From: Bilabrum cf. latius
Taxonomy: Eukaryota
DNA length: 64,000 bases
Direction: 5' to 3'
NCBI GenBank assembly: GCA_965178125.1
Contig: OZ237762.1
Coordinates: 558,001-622,000, forward strand
Part shown: positions 13,238 through 24,831 of the stretch, piece after piece
How positions within the stretch are numbered: position 1 is the first letter of the stretch
Layout of the letters: each line of letters begins with the position of its first letter
Position numbers and translations under genes: made by a program
The notes under the pieces: generated by a model
Databases searched by the model: none
Seen by the model: only the letters and a program-made list of their open reading frames with translations
Told to the model about the DNA's origin: nothing

Positions 13238-13861
13238 TCACGCAGCATAGCATGACCTCCACCCGAAGGAAACCGGACCGCCGCTGTTGCACGCCACAGG
13301 GAGTTCGCCGTTGAGGGTTACAGCATCGTTGGCACTGGGAATTCCGATCCACACAGGCAGGACCGCATAAGTTGAACCTTGGTAAATCTAAACCATGGTG
13401 CCATCCAGCGCCGTAGCCATGCATAGATCGCCCGAACACGCGAAGTCACTCGGTGTGAGGGTCACTGTGTATAGAGGTTTAGGGTAGGTTGGTGCGGTCT
13501 TCACCACCAGCTCGATATTCTTGGATGACTTGAAGCACCAGAAACGGACGTTTTTTGACTCTTGAAGTCGGCCATCGTCGCAGATCTTCTGGCCGTTGCA
13601 CCGGGTGACAACGTTGCCGCCGCAGTTGAACAGGTTGCAGCCGTCGACGAAGCGCACCTTGTAGAATGGCGGCTATGCCACGGTAGCGCCGTCAGTGCGA
13701 TTAAGAACTACCGCATGGGTGATGTACTGATTGTACCCGGCGCATAAAGCGGCGTCGTCCGGAGTATGTACGCTGGAATTCGCGTTCAGTACTGCCGTAG
13801 CTGCGGCTCGCGCAGAAGCGGCGGCTGTGGCGAAAATTGAGAGCATGGTAGCGACACGCAT
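13238..13861 (-). CDS. Hypothetical secreted Cys-containing protein (~207 aa; 3' end may be spliced)
   Basis: ORFs 13673-13867 and 13388-13657 share a frame joined by TAG. The frame reads through TAG 13388 to TGA 13238, which overlaps a gtgagt donor-like site. The N-terminus looks like a signal peptide (MRVATMLSIFATAAASARA). No family recognised. Confidence 0.55.
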
Positions 13862-14093
13862 CTTCAAATTCTAGCAATCCTTCACCTGCGGAAGCTTACT
13901 GGGAATCAGACATTCAATGACAGCTCCAGATACAGGAAAGGGAAGCGAGGCGTTCGCCTCTCTGCTTTCGTTTCGAGCAGGCAAGGTACCATCGTCGTTT
14001 CTTATCCCCAAGGCCGAAAAGTACACTTTGCTTTAATCTTCGACCTGGGAGCCAGCACGCAGGCATGGTCAATCAACCCGGGCTTTAGGGAGG

Positions 14094-14123
14094 TGATTGC
14101 CGCTGATTGCCGCTGATTGCCGC
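14094..14123. repeat. Tandem repeat (TGATTGCCGC)x3
   Basis: Three perfect 10-bp units read directly from the sequence. Confidence 0.9.
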
Positions 14124-14361
14124 CCTACGTTCGGACATGCCGCGCCAGTGGTTGGCCCCGCCTTGAAGTTGAGGCCGCCAGGGAAAATACACGTGATTTA
14201 GGAGCAGTAGCAGCGATCGAGTACGACAAGGAAGTCATGTTTGTTTACCTTACACTTTCCGGTCGAATGAGCCAAAAGATCCTGTCTGTAAAAAAAGGAT
14301 TGAGATAATCACACACAACAAAATCTGTCGAAAGTTCTTCAACCAGACCCCGCCAAAGGGG

Positions 14362-15544
14362 CAGACCTCGGGGCCCAGGGGGGGTACGGCGAGGGTACGG
14401 CGGGGGTACGGCGCCCCTCGCCGCACCCCCATTCGCCGTACCCCCCCATAAATCTATCAGGACCGGGAATTAAATAGATCTGAGCACACCAATCGACGTA
14501 TCTCGTCGTGAGGGTTCAAGATCTGTTCGAATTGGCTGCTTGCGACCAGCGAACGCAAAGATTCATAATTGCACGTTACACGCGAAATATGATATAATTT
14601 GCTGTAAAAGCAGACGTTGACCATTCCTCCCCCTTTGATGAATGTAAATGAGTACGCACGTAATTCATATAAATGATACATTATTGTTTGGATGAGAGGG
14701 TTGGATTGTCTGATTATTTCTAATGTGTAGGCTAAGTCGCCGGTCTGCAAAACACGGCTAGGGACTTCGCTTTGAAGGAGATGATCCAGGTCGAGCGCAA
14801 GTACGACGAGTCTATGGAGTACTCTCTTGATGTGTTTAACAAGGCATGGGAGCTTGGTCTCGTGAACTCTCACATTCCCGAGGTCAGAACCGAATCCAGT
14901 CGTTGCCAGTCGCCCACATCAATCACGACACTTCGCCTAGTTTGGAGCCCATTTTATCGTTTCTGTGCTCGACTACTACGCAGGACTGTGGAGGACTTGG
15001 ATTGCATTCTCTTGAGGGTGTGATTATTGGCGAGGAGATGGCATACGGGTGCACTGGCATGATGACTGCCATTGCAGACCGTCTTGCCCACTGCTACCAA
15101 CTCTCATTTCCCCAAGGTAGTGTCGTAGAGCCCTTCAAGATGTATCTAAGTCGAGACGCATTCTTGTTTCGTGCAACCGAGCTCCGGAGCCAAGGCTGCT
15201 TCGACGGGGATCCGACCCGGCCTTCATCACTAGGGCCTACGAGAACGTGCGCTCGACCTCACTGCCAGTGTGGCACTGGCAGCACTGCGGCTGCTGCGAT
15301 CAGGCTTATCGGATAAGCCACGTGGAGAATTCAGAAATGAGCCGGCCTAAACATAGGTTTACACTAAAAATCACGCGATTATCCCAGTTCATAATAGTTT
15401 ACTTACATACTACTGGGGAGGGAGGCGCCAGCCTCCAGAACACGGGGTACGTACAAAATTGTCTCCGCAGGGGCACCCCTGCGCCGTACCCCCAAAACCG
15501 GAAGTAGGGTACGGCGCGGCGCCGTACCCCCCCTCCGAGGTCTG
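14362..15544. mobile_element. Non-autonomous hAT-type DNA transposon (1,183 bp) with captured gene fragment
   Basis: Terminal inverted repeats CAGACCTCGG (14362-14371) and CCGAGGTCTG (15535-15544). Identical 8-bp flanks CAAAGGGG at 14354-14361 and 15545-15552. Clustered GGGTACGGCG/CGCCGTACCC subterminal motifs at both ends. No transposase inside. Confidence 0.85.
14736..15076 (+). pseudogene. ACADM: N-terminal fragment of medium-chain acyl-CoA dehydrogenase with one intron
   Basis: LQNTARDFALKEMIQVERKYDESMEYSLDVFNKAWELGLVNSHIPE, then a GT-AG intron at 14883-14983, then DCGGLGLHSLEGVIIGEEMAYGCTGMMTAI. This matches the MCAD N-terminal domain. It is preceded by an in-frame TAA, and similarity stops after MTAI. 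Confidence 0.85.
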
Positions 15545-16539
15545 CAAAGGGGGTTGCCTACATAGGGGTGCCTGCACGGGTGCCTACATGAAATTCACTA
15601 ATATTTGTGCAAATGTAGGCACCCCCCTGTCTTGCTCTGCGCTCAGAGGACATCTCAAAAAAGGACACGCAGAAAATGAATATTATTTATTTGTTTATTT
15701 CTATTATCTACTTCAGATGCACGTCAATACGGCGCTTCAAAAAATTGTAGCGTGTAATTGTATAATCAAGCGGCAGATCTGTATTGATCTACCTGGTTGC
15801 AGATCAGCGGTCAGCCCCCGCTCCGCTGCTCCAACTGCAACTTCGTCACCTGAACTCGAATCATCAGCCAACATGGACTCTTAGTCGGTATCATCTTCAG
15901 CAAGATATCTATCTGGTTCGTACGGTAGGTCTGCACAGCCAGTAAACATGTGCTGCAGCTTGCGAAGGCTCTCACGGTCGTAGAGCAAAATCTAGGCCCC
16001 AATATCTACCAGCATTGCTTCGGGTACTGCGATCGGTGTCTCTCAATCGCATCTAAGCATGCCCTCCACAAGTCACTAGTTATGCGAAAGCCCTGTCCTT
16101 CTGTCGTCCCTGCACGTTTTCAGTGCCGAGAAGAGCCGTTCCACCTCCGCTCGCACAGGCTGGTATAAAAGATGTCCAGCCTGGACTACCGATAATGCGT
16201 CGCTGCTTTCGTAATCTAGCGCTCCCATTTCCGCACAGTTGCTAACACTTCTCCCTACTTGCCTCTTGCCTTGCGTATCTCGGCTAGTCGCTTCAGTACC
16301 CCTCTGCTCTGCTTTGCTACACGTCCAGTGTGGAGGAACACGAAAGGTTGGAAATCGTATAGATCCTGTTCCTCCAATGGATGTTTCTGGTTCCGTTAGT
16401 GTGATGATTGCTTGCCGACAATCAAGATTCGTATGCTCGCCCGCAACCCCGGATCCCCGGCGGGGAAAAATGCTGCCACTGCCAGTGGCACTGGCGTCAA
16501 CTTCTGGGGTTCACCCCAATCCGCGGGGGGTGCATCGAA

Positions 16540-16830
16540 ACCATCCACCAGCAGGTGGACACCCGCCACGGATGGAAGTATATCGCCAGCGGACACGATC
16601 CGCCCCGGATCCTCGTCCGCTCCCATCCGCGGTGGACGGCGCCGAGATTCCGCCGCGGATGGGAGCGGACCGCAGGACGCCGGTCCGCTGTGGACGGCAG
16701 CGGACGAAGATCTGATGGTGGTTGATTCTGATGACTGTGCGCCGGGGATTGAGTCCGACACAGCTCGGACGCGGATTGGCCCCGATGGCGATCGGCGGGG
16801 GATCGAAACCAACCGGGGACCGAGTGAATG
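16540..16830. repeat. GC-rich quasi-palindromic repeat cluster (CCGCCGCGGATGGGAGC family), probable transposon subterminal region
   Basis: Several direct and inverted copies of a CCGC(C)GCGGATGGGAGC-like motif; the same motif recurs at 20560-20760. Confidence 0.55.
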
Positions 16831-16849
16831 CTGAACGAAACAAACGCTA

Positions 16850-17384
16850 TGAAATCAATGGCAGCCAAAATAACAAACAGCTTGAAGGCAACGCGAAGCT
16901 GCTCGCTCGTCAATTCGTTCCTAACGGAATCGACGGACGAGCAGGATCCGAGATGCAGTCGGTGGGGCTGTGCTGTGTCCTCCTCGATGCAGTCGGTGGG
17001 GCTGTGTCCGGGCAAGACCCAGGGCAAGACCAAGGGCTAGGCGTCAGGCGCAAGGTCAGAACGGAAGCGCAGCGTAGGCCAGAACTCCCTAGCCTCGTCT
17101 GCCGAGCAGGACGTGCTAGCCGATGCTTTGCGATATGTGGTGGAGAGTAAGTGGAGCTCCAGCCGCCCCGCCAAGAGCAGCAGGGCGATGAAGGCGTCGT
17201 GCAGCGTCTCCGCAGCAGCGAGCACCGCCGCTGCGTCGTAGACCAGTGCCCAAGCATAGGCATCAGCCATTGGCCCTCCCGATACATAGGAGGACACGTT
17301 CGAGGACGATGCGGATCTCCCCCCAGTGGAGCAGGAAGATGTCGCCGGCCTTCTGCAAGGATGCGCAACTGACCGCATAGGCAC
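16850..17384 (-). pseudogene. Possible degenerate hAT transposase C-terminal dimerisation region
   Basis: Reading through TAG 17037 gives EAREFWPTLRFRSDLAPDA*PLVLPWVLPGHSPTDCIE...RNELTSEQLRVAFKL. This loosely resembles the hAT pattern FW...LA...S...ER...R.rL..e.l. The match is weak. Confidence 0.35.
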
Positions 17385-18172
17385 AAGCGACCAATTGCGT
17401 GCTGCAATGGTCGCATACTATGTAGTACTGGCTGCAGCCCATGCTCGCCTTCCTCGTGGCCGTTTCGAAGTTGGCCATCCTGTCCCCGCTGGCCTTTTAA
17501 GTATGTCTCAAGTGCTCATAGATAAGAGTAATCTGGTTGTTGAGAAGTTGTGCTCCTGCCTAGAAGTCTTGAGCAGCAAGACAAAGGACTGCTGCACCTC
17601 CTTTTTGTTGCATCCGGCTGCCTGCGTTTAAGGTGAAGCTAGGAGTGGAATCATTGTATGTGAGGACAAATAAGCAATTCTGTAGCAATAAAAGGTTTTA
17701 GTCTTGCAAATGCATTGAAACTGAGTCGTCCAAAGCGGTCGAATATTGCATAGATGTCTAAGCGGAAGCCACGCAAGCACAGCAGGAGATATGCTCACTC
17801 AAGCCGTATACTCGAATACGGCTCACGCATGGGGTTTAAGCACATACAAAACCCCCCAATCGAGGCCACAAACTCACTATATCTTGATGTACAACCTACA
17901 AGCAGTTACATGGGCAATTGCTCCAAGCTACGCTGCCTTGCCGCATTCAGGTCATTGCAAGCTGGTGCTCACCACTCGGCGGTGGAAGAGTGACAAATTG
18001 CAGTTGTTTCGCAACTGTTCGGCAATCAAATTCCATACAGTGCAATTAGTACACACTCTAGCTGGCAGAGTTCGACGCCGCCCATTCCGAATGAAATTGT
18101 AGTGACGTAGTTGTATCGATTGTGTGGCTGTGGGTTTGATCCGATCAATTCGATATATTAATTACAACGTAA

Positions 18173-19228
18173 CAAAATAGACTGGCCGCCAAGCAGGGCA
18201 AGGTAGTCGAACTGATCTAGTCAGTTCGCCACGGTGCCACGTGCAAGGACAAGCGTGTCTGCGGAGGCCTTTCAGGCCGCAGGCACTTCCGGGTGCTCAA
18301 CGTGCTCGAGCAGGTGGTCCGCGAGGCCACGGGCAGACGCCCTATCCGGGAGCCAGAGGGCCAAGTGGCCCGGCTGCCGGGTCGGCGCGGTCCGCTCGTG
18401 CCACGAGGCGACCTGTTCTTTGAGCACGAGGGGACGGCTTATCTCATCGATGTCACGGTGGTTGATTCCACTGCGGCAACTTACCGGTGGGACCGCTCGT
18501 CGTGGAGGATTGGCAGCGACTGGCAAGAGGGGTCTGCTTTGCGGGCCGCGCATGCCACGAAGCTGGCCAGCTACGGCAGGCCCGTCGACCTCGGAGCGCT
18601 CGGCGTCCGGATCGGAGGAGAAGACAAGTGGTGTCCTGGGACCATGAGGACGCAGAAAGGGGCGGTACGCAGTGGCGTGCGGGTCGTACCCTTTGTGGTG
18701 GACGTGTTGGGGGGAATCGGGGAGGAGTCGGTCGAGTTCCTGCAGGTGCTCGACAAGTTGCGGAAGAAGAGGTAGGAGGACAAAGGGCGGCGACTTTCGA
18801 CTCGTCAGGCCAACGCACGCCTCTCGTGGTCTTCTGTGGCAAAGGCTCGCCTCTCCGTTGCCGCCTAGCACCAGCACGTGCGCGGGGAACAGCGTGTGTA
18901 CCACACTATGTACTCACGGGTCATGCAGGACCACTCAAGGATCCTCGATTTTGTCTCGAAGGGATCGAGGAGGGCTGCAGCGAAGGCCAAACGGGCGCTC
19001 GCAAGGGCGGTCCGGGAGGACTTTGCCAGCCTGGCTGTAGGGGCAGCCGAAAACAACAACCTCGCCGTGGCGATCGCCAACGTCAAGGCAGGGTTGGCTC
19101 AGAACGGGCAGCAGGACGGGGTGCCGGCAGCGGGCGCCGGAGGGAACGTGAACGCTGACGCTCCCCAGGGGGAAATGGGTCCCCAGGGTGGAGCTTAGGT
19201 GGTTTAGGCCATTGCAGCTGAAGCGTGA
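18173..19228 (+). mobile_element. Restriction-like endonuclease (RLE) C-terminal region of a CRE/R2-type non-LTR retroelement, no RT visible
   Basis: 351-codon frame between TAA 18170 and TGA 19226, interrupted only by TAG. Motifs: HGATC...RRHFRV (end of a zinc knuckle plus RH), GDLFF...LIDVTVV, AAHATKLASY, VVPFVVDVLGGIG, RLSVAA*H. Confidence 0.7.
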
Positions 19229-20559
19229 AGTCTGGTAGGTCCCGGGCCCTCGTTCCAGATGTTTCTTCGTGATAGCGTGCGCTTTTGAGTTGAGTCCACA
19301 AAATATCAGATCCCCCGCCGCCTGGCCGCAGCATCGGATCTCGTAGGCATCGACGGAATTGAGCTCCCAGCCAATCACGTGCAACGAGTTTGCTTCTTGG
19401 ATAGCCTGCACCATTCACAGGTCGCCAGCGCCCCTCGGGCGGAACGGAGCAGATTCGAGATGGGCTATCGATACGAATGCTGTCGGGCATGGCACTACAG
19501 CTTTGGCCACAGGGGATAGGGTGTTGGCCTCGTCCTCGCATTCCACTTCCACCGCGCACGCCATCCTTGCAAGCTCGCTGGGACTCATGATCACGGGATC
19601 GAGGCTGTAGACCTTGGTCTTCGTGATCAGCTCCCTTCTGCCCCCCTATGCCGGCTCTTGCGCCGGTGTCTGCTGCCGGCGCCGATGCAGGCGTGTAAGA
19701 TCACGTTGCCTCCAAGCTGAAGACCACGCATGACCTGCTGAAGTCAGCGCGAAGAGTGCGGGTAGGCATGCTGTCGAGGTGAGCCAAGCTGGCCGGGGTC
19801 ATGGGTCATGATATGCACGGACAGGCCCGAGGAGGACGACACGGAACCTGCGCGCGTGACGCTGCTGGCAAGCTCCGTGCGATTGCGTGCAATGGTGGAA
19901 TCATCAGCGGGCAGCCACCCCGGCTCCTCCTGCCAGTGGGCAACGTGGTGCCGGCGTGCAAGGACGCCGGAGACGCTCGGCTCGCCTCAGTCGCGGTCGG
20001 ATCCGGATCAAGAGCCATGCTGGTCGATGCTATTATGCAGGAATTCATCGAGTCCCAGGCGAGAGGCGGAGGCGTGCTGGCGGGCCGGGTGACCGGCCAG
20101 GCACCCCAGCAGGCAGATGCCGCGCAGCGTGCTATGGACGATGGGGGCGAGGACGAAGATGAAGATGAAGATGATGACGAGGAGGAGTAGTAGTAAGCCT
20201 GCCAGGCAAGAAGGCAGCGTCAAGGGCACGACTGGGATCCCATGGACGCGTTGGGGTGACCAGTGGCGCGGGGAGGACGGTGGAGGGGTGCTCGGACGTC
20301 GCGGAGGAGGCTGCCCTAGCGGGCTTCCACGGTTTTCAGTGACTGAATCAACTCAACTTTGACTTAAGCTACTACCCCCCTGCGCCGTATGGGGGGGGCG
20401 TCCCTGATAGCGGCTGCAGCGGCACCGACGCGGCTGTCGCCCTCTGGGCTGTGGGGCCACCCATTCGTGTTATTTGTGCCTGGTCCGCCTCAAGATAACC
20501 ACAGCAGCATCAGAACGGCGGGCGTTCTCGAGAGGACAATGTTTTAAAAAAATGGTGGG

Positions 20560-20760
20560 GCTCCGTCCCCGGCGGACGGCCTCGGGTCGGGTCCGCCGCG
20601 GATGGGAGCCGACGGCCTCGGCACCCATCCCCGGCGGACGGCTCAAGGCCGTCCGCGGCGGACGATGGCGGACGGCTATTCCCGGCGGATGGCATCCGAT
20701 GGGTCCGCCGCGGACGGGAGCCGACGGCGGCCCCCGCCGGTCCACCGGAACCGGAACTTT
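20560..20760. repeat. GC-rich quasi-palindromic repeat cluster related to 16540-16830
   Basis: GTCCGCCGCGGA(T/C)GGGAGCCGACGGC occurs twice, and CCCGGCGGA occurs three times. Confidence 0.6.
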
Positions 20761-21674
20761 TGGACGTAGTAAAACCGGCCGGCCGATGAGTGGACGTAGG
20801 GTGGACGGTTGGACATTTCTGGGCGCCGGTGTAGGTTGTCGGCCAAACCCTCATGCCGTGTTTCGAAACTCGTAAAACTACACCCAACCCCCCTTAAAGA
20901 CAACGCCTGGGTTGTCTTTTTGATTTGGGCCCGGGGACCGAAACCCAAACGACAATCAAAAATGCATTGGCAAACGATGTCCTAACGGCTGCGAAGCAGC
21001 CGGCGTCTCAAATACACTTCTCATGCAAGCCGAGCCATAAATAAACATTAACATGTTTCAATTATGATTGTGGCATTTGATTTGGTGTAAGGGTTTAAAT
21101 CGGCACGCGAGGTACGGAGAGAGCCCATGCTCGACGGATGGTGATGCCTGCCAACCTCGCGAAGTGACTTTGAGTGGTGCTTGTTGGGAGCGATGCAACT
21201 TAAATCAATCGAATATCAGTATGAGTCGCTTTGATTGCCCGAAATGGAGCGATGTATCCTTTTGTGATTCCACGCAGCGAGTGCCAGCGGCTGCAGTTGA
21301 GGCATGAGAGTCGCATCAAACTTGCACAACCAAGCCAGTTCTCCATTTATAATGTCATTTCCACTGATTCATGCAGTCTGAGTGCTCTTAAGTACATCAA
21401 TTGCGAACTTGGGTCGTTGACGTTTATAGACGCTGTTTGCAGAAAAATGTGTGTTTCAATTTTCAACTTGCACCTCACTTTTACACGGCATCATCAGCAG
21501 GGGTTGCGGGCGAGCATTGTGTGCTCATTGTCTCTGTTCTGTCGGTCCTGTGATGCATACGATGACCAAGAATTCACCACCAACCTAATTTCTGTGCCCA
21601 TAGTTGATCGACCTACACCGCAGACCAAGCCTGCTCCAAGTTTCTCGCCGGTATCACTGGCGCGATTCTGGCGA

Positions 21675-22241
21675 TCAGCCCTCCTCGTCCGGCTCGGCCG
21701 CCTTGTAGTCCTTCTTCGCCTTGGCAGCGTACGCATCGAAATCCTTCTCGCACTCCCCGTGCGCATCCGGATTCATTGGACTGCCCATGTTGGGCTCAGC
21801 AAACAGGCCCCGGATGAAGTTCGCCATGTGGATCATTGAGCAGGCCGGCGCCCACTTGAGCTCCTCAGTGCACACCTGCCCGCTCTTGGACACGTTGGGG
21901 TGGTACGGGACCATCTTGAAGAGGCACTCGGGCTTCTTGAAGGGGTACTCCTTCGGCAAAGTCACGTCCACATCGACGCTGCGTCCCTTGAACGGGCTGT
22001 CGTACTCCTTGCCGGCCACCTTCATCTTGTCCTGCGCACAGCGGTGGGGATTAGAAACGAGATCCCTACAGGTCACGGTGCGTGCTCCATGAACGGCAAG
22101 CAAACAATGTACGGTACATCAGGCCAGACTCACAGGGAGAGACACATGCAAGACGATGTGGTGAAGATCCTCGCCGGTCACGTCGATCGTGCATCCGCTC
22201 GTTCTCGACTTGAACATTGGCGACCGCCACATTTTGGCACG
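21675..22241 (-). CDS. Ubiquitin-conjugating enzyme E2, UBE2L3-like, copy 2 (first exon not identified)
   Basis: Exons 22241-22134 and 22031-21675 with a 102-bp GT-AG intron; exon lengths match copy 1. YHPNVSKSGQVC is intact. Ends at TGA. Confidence 0.8.
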
Positions 22242-22615
22242 CTGCGGGATCGAAAATATTATGAATCTCAGAAAGAATGTATCTGAAAATGTTCGAGCGT
22301 GAGAAGGGTGCGAGCCACTGCATAAACGCTGACCAATGATTTGGTGCTGCTGTTATGTGCTTCAAACTTTCCAACAAACGATTATACGCAAAAATTTAGT
22401 TCATTTCTCACGTTTATTAGTGCATCTGATTTTACTGACGCCATTTACAGCGAAACACGTCCGACTTAGTGGCACCAATGCAGCAAAACCCTAGGTGGCT
22501 ATTCGCGAACTCTTTTTCAATTCCGAATGTAATTCTGATTAAAAATAAAATGCACGGAACAAATCACAAACGAAGTTGTAGGTGCGCTGGCCTCCGGACA
22601 CTTACCTCAGTAACC

Positions 22616-24831
22616 ATGGGTTTGTTTACCTCGGCAAGCAAGGCATGGCATGGAATCAAAGGGTGGATTCATGATCAAGTGATGTGGCTGCTCATCGGAC
22701 AGTCGATCATCTACAATATGGTTAGATATTTGTTGGAATGTGCCCTGAGGCAACGTGGATCAATGTGTGTTTGCTTTCCGTAGCTCCAACAAATGTAATG
22801 AAATGGACATCAAGGATAACTACTTGCTATTTTCTTGCCTGCCTATCGTGCTTCTCTCGGCGAGATGGAGCGCTTCGCAAAGCATTATTCCAGTTGACCT
22901 GCACCAGACACCTCATGCTTTTCTCGGCCACTTTTGGATCGCAGAGCTGGGAAGATCCACGAATCGACCACGAGCTATTTAAGTTTAACGGAAGCGACGT
23001 TATCGTAACGTTGACCTCGGCAGGAGACCAGGTGCTCGACTACCTGCTGGCGTCGCCCAAGAAGGTAATCTCCGTGGACCTCAACGAGCGCCAGAACGCC
23101 CTGCTTGAGCTCAAGCTGGCATCCATCCGCGAACTTTCGTACGAAGAGTTCTTCGCCATCTTCGCTTCGAGCGACGGCGACGTGTTCAAGAAGAACTACC
23201 AGACCAAGCTCCGCAAGCACCTGACGGCCAAGAGCAAGGCCTTCTGGGACGCGAACCAGACCATTTTCGACAACTACTTCTTCTGGTCCGGCGCGTGCGG
23301 CAACCTCGTGCGCTACGGCATGCTTGTGATGCGCTACGTCTTCGGCCTGAACGGCCTCCTGGACGAGCTGGAGCACTGCGAGTCCTTGGAGAAGCAGAGG
23401 CAGATTGTGGAGCAGTACCGCGGCCGGCTCGAGAACGTGTACTGGTTCCTGCACGCGACGAGCAGGCTTTGGGCGCCCTTCATCGCCGTGCCCGCCTCTC
23501 AGCTTGACCTGTACGAGGGCAACATCATGAAGGAGGCCCTGGACTCTATCCTGAGCAAGACCCACCTCGCGTCTGACAACTACTTCTTCTTCGGGCAGTT
23601 CTACGGGTACTGGACCAAGGAGTGCTGCCCTAGGTACCTCAAGGAAGAGCATTGGGACACTCTCGTGCGCAACGTGGACCGCGTGGAGGTGCACCACGCC
23701 CTCCTGGGCGAGGTCATCGGCAAGTGCCCCGACAAGAGCATCACGTGCATGTCGCTGCTCGACCACATGGACTGGATGTCCGATGAGATCATCCTGGATT
23801 GCTTCAAGGACTACGTGAAGAAGCTCGCCCCCGGCGCGCGCATCTTCTGGCGCAGCTTCAGCGACTTCCAGCACATCGCGCCCTTGCAGTACCTCCACTT
23901 CCACCAGAAAGAGGTGGAGCAGGTCATCGAGGAGAACCCCGACCGGGTCATGATGTACAAGAAGACCTTCTTCGCGACCGTGCCCGACGAGTTCGATGTG
24001 CTCCCCCGCACCAAGTACGAACCCCAGGCGACCATCACCCAGGACCTCAGCGTGCTCTTCAACATGTACGTCAAGCCGATCTCGGGGACCGACCACAAGG
24101 CCCGCCTCGAGAGCTTCTACGAGAACCAGAAAGACAACTACGACGTGTTCAGGCACAGGTTCCTCCACGGCCGCTGGCCCATGGCGTGCGCCATGCCCTC
24201 CCCCAAGGACGCCGTGTGGGTGGACATCGGCGGCGGCACGGGCAGCAACCTCGAGTTCTTCGGCAAGGAGGGCATCCGCAACTTCAAGCAGGTGTACATC
24301 CTGGACCTCTGCGAGCCCCTTTTGGAGGTCGCCGAGAAGCGCGTCAAGGCCAACGGCTGGGAGGACAAGGTCAAGTGCGTCATGGGAGACGCGTGCGACC
24401 AGTCCCAGGACGGTGCGGAGGGCAAGCTCCCCGCACCCGGCACCGTGGACGTCATCACCTTCAGCTACTCGCTTACCATGATCCCCGATTGGAAGGCTGC
24501 ATTGGACCACGCCTACTCTCTCCTCAAGCCCGGAGGCATCATCGCCATCGGCGACTTCACCGTCACCAAGCAGCACAGCTGGTTCACCCGCAGCCTGTGG
24601 CCCGCCATCTTCAGCCTGGACGGCATCAAGCTCTCCACCGAGCACATTCCCCAGCTGGAGACCATGTTCAAGCGCCTGGCCTGCAAGGTGCGAAGGGGGG
24701 GGTTCCCCTACCTCAACTGGATCCCCTTCGCCCAGTGCCCGTTCTACCATTTCATCGGGCAGAAGCCCGGTGGCAAGCAGTTCGGACCCAACGGTGACAC
24801 GGACAGGATTCCCCCCCTGGACGTGGAGTAA
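22616..24831 (+). CDS. BTA1: Betaine lipid (DGTS) synthase: BtaA/DUF3419 domain followed by BtaB SAM-methyltransferase domain
   Basis: Exon 22616-22720, GT-AG intron 22721-22944 and exon 22945-24831 join as IIYNM|SWEDPRID. BtaA motifs: LTSAGDQVLDYL, VDLNERQNALLELK, DNYFF, LLDHMDW, IFWRS. BtaB motifs: HKARLESFYENQ...YD, WVDIGGGTG, ITFSYSLTMIPDW. Ends at TAA. Confidence 0.9.

Noticed and set aside
15258-16497. Similar CACTGCCAGT(GT)GGCACTGGC strings at ~15260 and ~16478
   Set aside because: Short, and the similarity does not extend into the flanks; it may be chance.
19801-20190. 129-aa ORF with acidic tail as a real gene
   Set aside because: No recognisable domain, an in-frame TGA just upstream, and it lies among transposon remnants.
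16540-20760. GC-rich repeats as a CRISPR array or structured RNA gene
   Set aside because: No constant repeat-spacer periodicity and no tRNA or rRNA features; the context is eukaryotic.
22975-24750. Long antisense and alternative-frame ORFs (e.g. 22975-24750, 26148-28241, 8154-9434, 35685-37028)
   Set aside because: These are shadows of GC-rich, codon-biased genes on the other strand or frame, with no recognisable motifs.
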